Of a DNA stretch of 64,000 nucleotides, positions 8,571-17,254 are shown piece after piece. Position 1 is the stretch's first letter. Each line of letters begins with the position of its first letter. A model generated the notes under the pieces. That model was given only the letters and a program-made list of their open reading frames with translations, did not search any database and was not told the origin of the DNA. The position numbers and the translations under genes were made by a program. The stretch lies in IMG/VR virus record IMGVR_UViG_3300036944_000233. One strand, written 5' to 3'. The stretch is from an uncultured virus (IMG/VR IMGVR_UViG_3300036944_000233). Taxonomy: Duplodnaviria; Heunggongvirae; Uroviricota; Caudoviricetes.

Positions 8571-11500
8571 AATTTGTTCCCCTCTCTGAATCAACAAAAA
8601 ACGAAACAGAAGAGGGGGCAAAAACCCTTCAGTTTGTGCCGTTGGCCAAACCCCTTCAGTTCGTGCCGTTGGCCAAACCCAATGCCCCACAAGGCGGTGG
8701 GTTTGATATGGGTAACCCAGCAGGGGACGACTTCGGCTCTTCTATTATGGAAGCAGCTCGGGCACCGAAGCCAGAAAGCGTACTTGAGGGTATGGCTATG
8801 CCCGGCCCCCTCCCTACCGAAGACAAGATGATTCGCCCTGAGTTCGTGGCGGGTCTGGAGGCACAGCTTAATGCAATGCCGCAAGCCAAGCGTGGCGCTG
8901 CGCTTGAGAAGATGCTTCAACGCTCAGACGTTTACGGACGTGCGGCCAAAGTAATCCAAGGCCGATACGCTGCTAGGGATAAGGTACAGCCTACCTCTCT
9001 TCAAAACTTGACTGACTTACGTCTGGAGCAGCAACAAAAACGGTTCATGGATCAAGGCATGGAGCCCACTGCCGCTCTGAACCTTGCCCGACAACAAGCT
9101 CAACAAGGCGTTGCGCGTCCTGACCTTCAGCAGATGGACCGGGACATTGCGGGCGAGATTGCCGACCAAGAAGCTGCGCGGATGCGCGAGGTGACTAAAG
9201 ACGCTGGGTTCTTTGGGCGTGTCGGTGAAGAAACTAAAGCGCAGTACAAACAAGCTGGGCTTGGCCTCATGAACGTGTTCGCCGACATCACCGGCGACAA
9301 GCAGATGCAGCGAGATATAGCCGGGGCTCGTAACATGGTCGAGGCTGGGCAGCGGGCTATCCCCAAGGGCGACAGCATTTTTGAACGCTCAGCACAAGGG
9401 GCCATTTCGTCCTTGGCGGGACAAGCCCCCATGATTGCTTTGAGCGTGCTTACAGGTACTTCAGCCCCTGTTCTTTTGCAGGCGGGTGTCCAACAGTTTG
9501 GTGATTCCTATGGCCAAGCTCGAGCTGCGGGTCAGTCCCCCACAGCAGCAGCTGCACGCGCTATCCCTATGGCTGCGGCGGAGGTTTTCTTCGAGCGGTT
9601 TGGTATGGAGAAGGCGCTTGCTGGCCTGACTAAACACGTATCCAAGTACGGATACGACTCCATTCCAAAGTACGTTGGCACTGCGATTGCAAGAGAAATC
9701 CCCGCGGAGTTGGCTACCACTGCTACACAGTACGGTATCGACATCGTGCCCGGAGTGGGCCTCAACAAAAACCCCAGCTTGGTCGGTCTGTATGAGCAGC
9801 TAGAAGAGACTCTGCGCCAAACGATTATTCAAGCTGGTGTTCAAGCGGGTACAACTATTGGGGCCGCAAAAGGCGTGCAGAAGTTGTCAGAAGCGTTGCA
9901 GTCTACCGCCCCCAGATACGAGCGCCCTGACGACTCGGGGTACTACCAAGCCCTGCTCGCAGCAAAAAGTAAAGGGTTCTTGGTACCCCAACGCCGCAAC
10001 CAGATGGTGCCCCCCAGCCAGCCTACCGAAGTTGGCCCTGATGGGCGAATCGAGCCTACACTTAACGAAGAACAGATTACTGCGCAGCCACCTGCCCAAG
10101 CCGCTGCCTCAAGAGAAGATCAGTTGGCTGATCTTATTTCTGAGATCGAAGCCACGGGTATCCCTACGGACGATGCACGGGTACAAGCTGAGCAGATGCT
10201 CGGTTCCCAAGAAACTGAACAACGCAAAGTTGTAGCTTCTCAAGAAGCTGAAAAGCGTAAAGCTCTAGCCCCCCGCATCATTGAACTCACTCGCGAGTTT
10301 GTTGACGGCGGTATGGACCCCCAGCAAGCCAATCAAATAGCCATCCAACAAGCCACTGAGGAGGCAGATGCAGATGAACAAGCCCAACTCGAAGGCGCTG
10401 TCGGTAGCGCACCAACTGTCAGTGCCGCAGATCGAACAGGCACTGGAGTGGCTGGACAGCCCGGTAGCATCACCGCCCCCACAGGAGCTGGAGTCACTGA
10501 GCCAAGTGGAGTGGTTCCAACTGGACAGACTGCTACAAGCACTGTGGCGGGAGAAGGCGAGCAGTCCGGTGCATTAGTCGCCGAAGCACCTAAAGCCAAG
10601 CGTGGCCGACCTGCTGTTCTGACCGAGGAAGAGAAGCAACAACGTGCCGAGGGCAAGAAGCCCGTGCAGGCAGCAAAGGCTAAGGCCGAGCGTTCAATCC
10701 TTCGACTGACAAACAAGCTGGACGAGCTGGCTACGCTGCCGGATGAAGGTGATTTTGAGACGGACGAGGATTACGAAGCGGCTTTGGCCGACCACCGTGC
10801 CGAGCGCCGCGAGACCATCAAGAGCCTGTTACAAATGCAGGCTGATCCAACGCTTCGTGGTACTAAGGTAGGTGAGCGCGTCAAAGTTGCGCTGGCTCGC
10901 CCTGACATCTCCGAGCGAGAAAAGGCCGACCTCAAAGCAGGTATTGAGGCACAGAAACGTGCGCAGGCTGCGGTCCAAGGTGAGCGGGCAAGTTCTTCTC
11001 GCGTGACTAAGGGCACACCAGACGCTGCATTCAGCAAGTTCACTAACGGTGTTCAGGCTCTGAACCACATCGTTAAGACAGGTAACGATTTCCAAAAAGC
11101 GCTCGGCAAGCGTTTGCGCAGCTTTGTAACCAACGTCAAGTTTGTGGTTATCGAAGAAGGCCAAGAGCTGCCAGCTCAGCTCAAGACAGCAAAGAACGCT
11201 CGCCACTGGGATCGTTCCATTGCGCTGTACATCGAGAACTACAACACGGGTGACCGTGTGATCTACGTGCGCGGTGCATCCTTTAGCGAGAACCAAGGTG
11301 TCAATAATCTGACTATCTTGCACGAGTTGCTGCACGCAGCCACCAACCGTAAGGTCGTTCTGGCTATCGAAGCAATCAAGAAGGGGGTCAGCCTCAACTC
11401 GCCGCTGGTGCGTTCTGCAACCGACTTGCTCCGCACAATGAACAGTGCCATCAGCACGTTCAACGACCTGTCTGTAAAGGGCAAGCTGCCCGAGTACATC

Positions 11501-14500
11501 TCCTTGCTTGCCGACCGTGGCGAAGTGCTGGAAGACCCTCGCGAGTTTATTGCGTACGGTATGACCGACCCGGACTTCCAGAAGTTCTTGATGAAGGCCC
11601 AAGGCTACGAGGAAGACACCTCGTACTTCAACCGCTTCGTGCGCGGCATCCGCGAACTGTTTGGCATGGACGAGGACTCTACCAACGCCTTGACCGACTT
11701 GATCGTCGTGACCGACACCATCCTAAGCACCAAGGCTCCGCAGTATCAAGCTCGCGGTGAGCGAGTTTCAGCTACGGCTATGGGGGAAGCTCCGAAAGCC
11801 GATGCGCCTATGGCGGGTACAACAGAGGTCAAAGCTCGCCCCAGTGCCAACGTGCAACGTCTGGCCAAGATGCTCGGCTCCAAGCTGTACGGCACGCCAA
11901 AAGACATCGCCAAGGTTTCCATCAAAGAGCTGTTTCAGAACTCGTTCGACGCCATTAAAGGTTCGCTGGAGCAAGGGCAGCTGACCAAGGGCAAAGTCGA
12001 TGTAAAAATCGACAGCGACAATCGCTCTATTCGTATTGTGGACAACGGCCTCGGTATGCCGACCAGCGTGATGGGCAATCAGTTCTTGCAGATTGCGGGT
12101 ACTGTCAAAGAAACAAAGCGTGCGTCTGGCGGCCTTGGTGTCGCCAAGATGTTGTTCCTGTTTGAGAACAAGCAGCTGGAAGTTGTGTCGTTGCGCGATG
12201 GTGTGATCTCCCGCATGACCACTAACGGGGATGACTTAAAGGCTGCGCTGGATGACGGGGATCGCGCACCAAACATTGAGGTAACTTCCGACCCAGCGGC
12301 GGTGCAGCGCTACATTGATACTCTGTTCCCTGATGGCCACGGTACTGCGGTGACTGTGACAATTCCTGAGACGTTCACCAATGAGTCCACGGGGGAGCAG
12401 GAAAAAATTGACTTCGATACGTATGACCTCAAAAGCGCTCCTGTGCTGGAGTACAGCCCACTGTTTGGTGACATTGACGTAACTGTTGACTCTGGGTACG
12501 GCTCAAGAAGCCTGCCAATTGGCTCTAAGTTTCCAGTCGATGAGTTCACTCCGTTTGCAAACGTCAACTTTGCATGGGGCACTGCGCGTATCTACGTGTC
12601 CAAAGAGAAGGTGGACAACTGGCGGGACAACACCCACGTGCTATCCAACGGGTTGTGGCAATTTGACATGTCGATCAAGGACCGTCCCGGATGGGAAGGT
12701 AAAGCAATTAAGCGCACGTTCTATGTGGATGTGACCCCCGCCGAGAACGTCAGACCGGAAGATGCTGGGTACCCATTCGACTTGAACCGTCAGAACTTCT
12801 CGGCTGTAGCCAAGGATGACTTCGGAAAAATCTTTAACTACATCACTGCCATTTACAGCCAGCTTGATCTGGCTAGTGGGGTTAAAAACTTCGGCACGGT
12901 GCAGTATGTCAACGCTGACGGCTCACTTACTCAAGCAGAAAAACTCGAACCAACGGCCCCTCAAACCGACAACGCATTTACGCTGATCAAACCCGGCGAT
13001 GAAGTTGAAGTCCGTGAAGGCGTGCTGTATGTAAACAACCGCGCATTGCCTGAGTTGACCGCCAAAGACTTGGAGAAGACGAACATCCGCATCGACGAGT
13101 TGACTATTCCGCAAGAGGAGATTGACTCGACCAAGGTCATGATCCACGACAACACGGTTACGCAAGTAACGACTGTGACCGAAGAGGATGCAAAGAAGGC
13201 GCTAACTGGTTTTGTCGCAGGTGATCCAAATACCAAATTGACTGATCTCGGTAACGGGCGATACTGGTTGGCTGCTTATGGCATCAATGACGCGGGGACA
13301 CCCTCGCAGCTTGTCAAAATGGTTCAAGACGCGGGCCTAGAAATTAACGCTCCTACGGGCTCCCCTCAGTCCTTGTCCGACCTTGCTCGGAGTACGTTTG
13401 GCGCTTCTCGGGTCAACAAGTACATGGCAACGATCGGTGAGACGTTCCATTTGTTGCGTGATGCTCTACTGTCAATCGACAGCACGTACTCCGATATGTC
13501 TACTCAAGCCTTTGGTGTGAGTATTGACAATGAGTATTACGGTGTCAGCATCATGGTGCCGTTTAAGGGTATGTTCATCAACCCGGCTACGACTGACTTG
13601 CGCGACACCCCTGCGCAAGTCGCAGTGTCTATGGTCGGCACAATGATCCACGAGATGGCCCACTTCCGCATGCGTAACCACGGCGGTAGCTTTGCGTCTG
13701 AGATGCAGAAGATCATGACGCTGCTTGACACGCATCCGTCTTTCGATTTACAACAGGCCAAAAAAGACCTGACCAAGTTCATCACCAACAACGATGACAT
13801 CTTCAAATTTTTAGACAAGGAGTTCCGCAGTGGAAATATCAAACCTCGTGGCAACCGCTTCCAAGACGCTAGCTACCAACAAATCGGAGATGAAGGCGCT
13901 TCTGACGCAATGGAAAGCGAACGCGCAGCAGGACAAGGAGGACCCGGCGTATCAACAGGGGTTGGAGCAAGCGCTCAAAGTATTGGACAAGTCGGCCAGC
14001 CTGCCGGAGCTAGTGGCCAAACTTCGCCGACTGGAAACGCAGTCCGTACCCAGCAGAAGCTAAACCGTGCGGTAAAAGTAGCAAACGCTAAGTTCGAGGA
14101 GTCTCAGAACGGGGACGAGTACAGCAAGGCGGTGTCCTTACTGCAAATGATGCAAGACCCCCGTAAGGTGGTCCCAGTTATTCGCGACTTGTACAGCCGT
14201 ATGGGCATGGGCGCACGGTCAGCTTTGACCCGCGTGATGACATCTGACCTTATGGTGGAGTTAACCGCTCAGGATGTGCCTGAGCTGCGCAAAGTTGACA
14301 AGTTGATGCAGCAAATGAGCGGCATGACGCAGACGCTCCTCAAGGGAGCGGGTGACCTAACCAACGACATTGCCCGTGCGTTTTACAAAGACCGGACCCT
14401 GCGCGAGAAGCTAGACCGGATTACGCATATGGCTACCTTGGCCGAGTACGACCCAGCAGATAAATCCCAGAAGCTGCGCAACAAGAACCTTGATGCCCAA

Positions 14501-16975
14501 TACGATGCCCTCGGCCCAGAAGGTCAGCGTATTTACAACCGCATCAAGCGTCACTTTGAAATTCTGTCGAACACCTTCTCTAAGTTGCTCGATGACCAGA
14601 TCACGCAGTCGGGTCTGCCAATGGCTGAGCAAGCCAACCTGATCAAGAAGATCAGGGCCATGTACGAGACCGGTAGCAAGATCACTCCGTACTTCCCACT
14701 GGTGCGCCGTGGTGATTTCTGGTTGTCGATCGGCACAGGTGAGACCCGCAAGTTCTTCATGTACGAAAGTATGGGCGAGCGTGACCGTGCGATGCAAGGG
14801 TTTGCCGACGAGAAAGTGAAGCAAAAGCCCGGTGAGTCAGATGCTGTGTTCCAAAAGCGCCGTGCTCGAAATATGCAGGACTTGCTGGAGTCGGAAAACT
14901 TCGTGTACGGCAACGACATCAGCGCGTTGCGCAAGACCACGGTTGGCAACAGCCAGCTTCTGTCCGGTGTGTTTGCTGAGATCGACAAGACCGGGGCCAA
15001 AACTGATTTCACCCCAGAAGCCAAAGAGCAGCTCAAGGATGCGGTGTACCAGCTCTACTTGCAGACAATGCCCGAGCAGAGCTTCCGTAAGCAGTTCATT
15101 CACCGTAAGGGCTTCGCTGGCTTCCGCACCGACTTGCTGCGCAACGTGGCCGACACAACCACCAAGATGGCAACTCAGCTTTCTCGTATCAAGTACGCCC
15201 CCCTGCTGCGCAACTCGCTGTCTCAGGCGCGTGATTCGATCAAGAACCGTCCGATGTATGAGCCTTACGTTGCTGCGTTTGAGCGACGTGCGTCTGACGC
15301 ATTGTCAGCAGGTAAGCCATCCTTGGCCGAGAGCATTGCAGCCGCAAGCAACAAGTTCTCGTTCATCTTCTATCTGGGCGGTATCTCCTCGGCGATGCTC
15401 CAGCCATTGAGCTTGTTCCAGACCGGCATCCCCGTGCTCACAAAGTATGGTGTTGGGAATGCCTACGCCGAGATGGGCAGGATGCTCAAAGTGTGGAACG
15501 AGTTTGGCGCGATGAAGAAGAACGCCGACGGTACTTTCTCTTGGGCACCTCCGTCCATCGAGAACACCACCCGCAGCGCAGACGAGCGCCGTGCCATCAA
15601 AGACATGCTGGCTAGGGACATCACCACCTCCACCTACGCACGCGATGCGCTGGACTACAAGGCTACGCCTACTGACGCTATCCCATCACCCAAGGTGCAG
15701 TTTGCCAAAGACACTGTCGGCGCGTTGGTGCTTGGTGGGTTGATGCACTCGACTGAACGTATGTCTCGTGAGGCCATGTTCCTTGCAGCGTACCGACTAA
15801 ACCGCAAAGCAGGTCGGGACCATGATACCTCGGTGGACAACGCTGTCTACGATACCAACGAAGCCCTTGGTAACTATGGCCAGTACAACCGACCCGACTT
15901 TATGAAGGGCGCTGCGGGCAAAGTCCTTACGCAGTTCATGATGTACCCGGTGTACATGACCGCGTTCTTAGGTAGGAACTTTGTGGAGATGGTTAAGCCA
16001 ATGAACGGGCGTACCCGCTGGGAAGCCACCAAAAAGTTCTTCGGCACTATGGGCCATACGTTTGTGCTCGGTGGTGCAGTTGGCCTGTGGGGTTTCAGTA
16101 CGGTTATGGGCTTCCTTGGTGCAATGTGGAACGCACTTAAGGACGACGAGTGGTCTGAAGAAGCCAAGAACATGAGCTACGAATTGTGGTGGCGCACCGT
16201 CTGGCTCAAGGAGCAGCTTGGTGGTACTCAGATTGCTGGATACGATCTTGCCGACGTAATTGAGCGCGGCCCTGTCAACGCCATCACAGGTGTGGACATC
16301 TCCAGCCGTACGAGCTTGAACAATATGTGGCTGCGCGATAGCAAAGAGACTGCGACTACCCGCGAAAGTGCTCTGGCTTTGGCAGTGGAGAAAGCTGGCC
16401 CAACCGCCAACATGGTTCTGTCGCAGCTTGATGCCTACGATGCGTTCACACAAGGTGACTACAAGAAGGGTGTGCTCAAAGCCGCCCCTGCTGGTTTCCG
16501 CAACTGGATCAACGCGGCCAACTATTACAAGGAAGGCGCAAAGGACAACAAGGGTGCTGAGATTCTGTCCCGCGATGCGTTCACCACGGGTGAGTTGATC
16601 TTCCAAGCTGTCGGCTTCCGCTCAGACCTGCTTGCGAATACGCAGTACGTAACCTTCAAAGTCATTGGCCTTGAGCAGAAGATTTTGAATGAGCGTACCA
16701 AGATCATGAACCAGATTGACCGTGCGTATAGACAAGAGGACTTCGATGCCTACACCGGCTACTACGATGATATGCAGAAGTTCAATCGCAAGTACCCTAC
16801 GTACGAGATCACAACCGACAACCTTGTGGACTCGTTAGAGCGCAAGCAAGAGCAGCGCGGCAAGTCTTTCCGAGGCGTCACGTTGACCGAGAAGAACGTG
16901 GGTCCGTTTGCGGATGTATTGCTCCCGTCCCGTATTGCGGCAGACAAGCGCGAAGAAAAGAACCGCCAGAAATAA
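8567..16975 (+). CDS. giant polyvalent internal virion protein (HExxH peptidase, GHKL ATPase, second HExxH, PLxRFG/LPD-type C-terminus)
   Basis: 2802 aa; HELLH at 11321; ELFQNSFDA / DNGLGM / GGLGVA at about 11925-12145; HEMAHFRMRNH at 13649; YFPLVRRG at about 14690; last gene of the ejection-protein operon. Confidence 0.8.
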   Translation: MKFVPLSESTKNETEEGAKTLQFVPLAKPLQFVPLAKPNAPQGGGFDMGNPAGDDFGSSIMEAARAPKPESVLEGMAMPGPLPTEDKMIRPEFVAGLEAQLNAMPQAKRGAALEKMLQRSDVYGRAAKVIQGRYAARDKVQPTSLQNLTDLRLEQQQKRFMDQGMEPTAALNLARQQAQQGVARPDLQQMDRDIAGEIADQEAARMREVTKDAGFFGRVGEETKAQYKQAGLGLMNVFADITGDKQMQRDIAGARNMVEAGQRAIPKGDSIFERSAQGAISSLAGQAPMIALSVLTGTSAPVLLQAGVQQFGDSYGQARAAGQSPTAAAARAIPMAAAEVFFERFGMEKALAGLTKHVSKYGYDSIPKYVGTAIAREIPAELATTATQYGIDIVPGVGLNKNPSLVGLYEQLEETLRQTIIQAGVQAGTTIGAAKGVQKLSEALQSTAPRYERPDDSGYYQALLAAKSKGFLVPQRRNQMVPPSQPTEVGPDGRIEPTLNEEQITAQPPAQAAASREDQLADLISEIEATGIPTDDARVQAEQMLGSQETEQRKVVASQEAEKRKALAPRIIELTREFVDGGMDPQQANQIAIQQATEEADADEQAQLEGAVGSAPTVSAADRTGTGVAGQPGSITAPTGAGVTEPSGVVPTGQTATSTVAGEGEQSGALVAEAPKAKRGRPAVLTEEEKQQRAEGKKPVQAAKAKAERSILRLTNKLDELATLPDEGDFETDEDYEAALADHRAERRETIKSLLQMQADPTLRGTKVGERVKVALARPDISEREKADLKAGIEAQKRAQAAVQGERASSSRVTKGTPDAAFSKFTNGVQALNHIVKTGNDFQKALGKRLRSFVTNVKFVVIEEGQELPAQLKTAKNARHWDRSIALYIENYNTGDRVIYVRGASFSENQGVNNLTILHELLHAATNRKVVLAIEAIKKGVSLNSPLVRSATDLLRTMNSAISTFNDLSVKGKLPEYISLLADRGEVLEDPREFIAYGMTDPDFQKFLMKAQGYEEDTSYFNRFVRGIRELFGMDEDSTNALTDLIVVTDTILSTKAPQYQARGERVSATAMGEAPKADAPMAGTTEVKARPSANVQRLAKMLGSKLYGTPKDIAKVSIKELFQNSFDAIKGSLEQGQLTKGKVDVKIDSDNRSIRIVDNGLGMPTSVMGNQFLQIAGTVKETKRASGGLGVAKMLFLFENKQLEVVSLRDGVISRMTTNGDDLKAALDDGDRAPNIEVTSDPAAVQRYIDTLFPDGHGTAVTVTIPETFTNESTGEQEKIDFDTYDLKSAPVLEYSPLFGDIDVTVDSGYGSRSLPIGSKFPVDEFTPFANVNFAWGTARIYVSKEKVDNWRDNTHVLSNGLWQFDMSIKDRPGWEGKAIKRTFYVDVTPAENVRPEDAGYPFDLNRQNFSAVAKDDFGKIFNYITAIYSQLDLASGVKNFGTVQYVNADGSLTQAEKLEPTAPQTDNAFTLIKPGDEVEVREGVLYVNNRALPELTAKDLEKTNIRIDELTIPQEEIDSTKVMIHDNTVTQVTTVTEEDAKKALTGFVAGDPNTKLTDLGNGRYWLAAYGINDAGTPSQLVKMVQDAGLEINAPTGSPQSLSDLARSTFGASRVNKYMATIGETFHLLRDALLSIDSTYSDMSTQAFGVSIDNEYYGVSIMVPFKGMFINPATTDLRDTPAQVAVSMVGTMIHEMAHFRMRNHGGSFASEMQKIMTLLDTHPSFDLQQAKKDLTKFITNNDDIFKFLDKEFRSGNIKPRGNRFQDASYQQIGDEGASDAMESERAAGQGGPGVSTGVGASAQSIGQVGQPAGASGQTSPTGNAVRTQQKLNRAVKVANAKFEESQNGDEYSKAVSLLQMMQDPRKVVPVIRDLYSRMGMGARSALTRVMTSDLMVELTAQDVPELRKVDKLMQQMSGMTQTLLKGAGDLTNDIARAFYKDRTLREKLDRITHMATLAEYDPADKSQKLRNKNLDAQYDALGPEGQRIYNRIKRHFEILSNTFSKLLDDQITQSGLPMAEQANLIKKIRAMYETGSKITPYFPLVRRGDFWLSIGTGETRKFFMYESMGERDRAMQGFADEKVKQKPGESDAVFQKRRARNMQDLLESENFVYGNDISALRKTTVGNSQLLSGVFAEIDKTGAKTDFTPEAKEQLKDAVYQLYLQTMPEQSFRKQFIHRKGFAGFRTDLLRNVADTTTKMATQLSRIKYAPLLRNSLSQARDSIKNRPMYEPYVAAFERRASDALSAGKPSLAESIAAASNKFSFIFYLGGISSAMLQPLSLFQTGIPVLTKYGVGNAYAEMGRMLKVWNEFGAMKKNADGTFSWAPPSIENTTRSADERRAIKDMLARDITTSTYARDALDYKATPTDAIPSPKVQFAKDTVGALVLGGLMHSTERMSREAMFLAAYRLNRKAGRDHDTSVDNAVYDTNEALGNYGQYNRPDFMKGAAGKVLTQFMMYPVYMTAFLGRNFVEMVKPMNGRTRWEATKKFFGTMGHTFVLGGAVGLWGFSTVMGFLGAMWNALKDDEWSEEAKNMSYELWWRTVWLKEQLGGTQIAGYDLADVIERGPVNAITGVDISSRTSLNNMWLRDSKETATTRESALALAVEKAGPTANMVLSQLDAYDAFTQGDYKKGVLKAAPAGFRNWINAANYYKEGAKDNKGAEILSRDAFTTGELIFQAVGFRSDLLANTQYVTFKVIGLEQKILNERTKIMNQIDRAYRQEDFDAYTGYYDDMQKFNRKYPTYEITTDNLVDSLERKQEQRGKSFRGVTLTEKNVGPFADVLLPSRIAADKREEKNRQK
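8625..8678 (+). repeat. 27-bp in-frame tandem duplication (LQFVPLAKP x2)
   Basis: cccttcagt(t/t)ygtgccgttggccaaac present twice with one mismatch; the protein start MKFVPL is a degenerate third copy. Confidence 0.8.
10374..10577 (+). CDS. nested +1-frame gene inside the giant virion protein gene (67 aa)
   Basis: RBS GAGGAGG at 10358-10364, 9 nt before ATG; mostly G/C-ending codons; helical-looking product; host frame here is a low-complexity linker. Confidence 0.6.
   Translation: MNKPNSKALSVAHQLSVPQIEQALEWLDSPVASPPPQELESLSQVEWFQLDRLLQALWREKASSPVH
13830..14063 (+). CDS. nested +1-frame gene inside the giant virion protein gene (77 aa)
   Basis: RBS AAGGAG at 13817-13822, 7 nt before GTG; genome-typical codons; amphipathic helices; host frame is a G/A/Q/S linker. 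Confidence 0.62.
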   Translation: MEISNLVATASKTLATNKSEMKALLTQWKANAQQDKEDPAYQQGLEQALKVLDKSASLPELVAKLRRLETQSVPSRS

Positions 16976-17002
16976 AAAACCCCCCGGCGCAAACCGGGGG
17001 GT
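16974..17002 (-). terminator. Rho-independent terminator at the convergence of the late and replication arms
   Basis: Minus strand CCCCCCGG-TTTGCG-CCGGGGGG followed by TTTTTT. Confidence 0.85.
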
Positions 17003-17046
17003 AAAAGAAAACCAACAAGAAGAAACGCTGGCAACTCATTCCAGCA
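16974..17046 (-). ncRNA. candidate small RNA of about 70 nt
   Basis: Promoter-like TTGCGC-17-TACACT (17080-17052) followed by a hairpin, a U/C-rich stretch and the terminator; no plausible ORF. Confidence 0.4.
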
Positions 17047-17059
17047 ACTCCAGTGTAAT

Positions 17060-17254
17060 TTAGACTCGCCAAACGCGCAAGCCTTTGATGCCTTCTTCGA
17101 TCACTACTTTGCTGACGGTATTAATCTTCAGGCGTTTGGTGACCACGGCCAGAGTTTTTCTAGCCGCTTCATGATCAATGCAGGGTACAAAAAAGGAGTA
17201 CCCCTTTCGGAATTTCTTCCAGTCAATCTGGAACGACACCGTTTCGATTTTCAT
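17060..17254 (-). CDS. small basic protein, possibly DNA-binding
   Basis: IDWKKFRKGYSFFVPC...GLRVWRV; overlaps the end of the primase gene. Confidence 0.7.
   Translation of the reverse strand: MKIETVSFQIDWKKFRKGYSFFVPCIDHEAARKTLAVVTKRLKINTVSKVVIEEGIKGLRVWRV

Noticed and set aside
11757..11984. Third nested +1-frame gene in the giant ORF
   Set aside because: No convincing RBS; it overlaps the conserved GHKL motif and has the Arg/Pro/Cys-rich composition of a shadow frame. The same applies to 8574-8831, 9837-10235 and 14832-15410.
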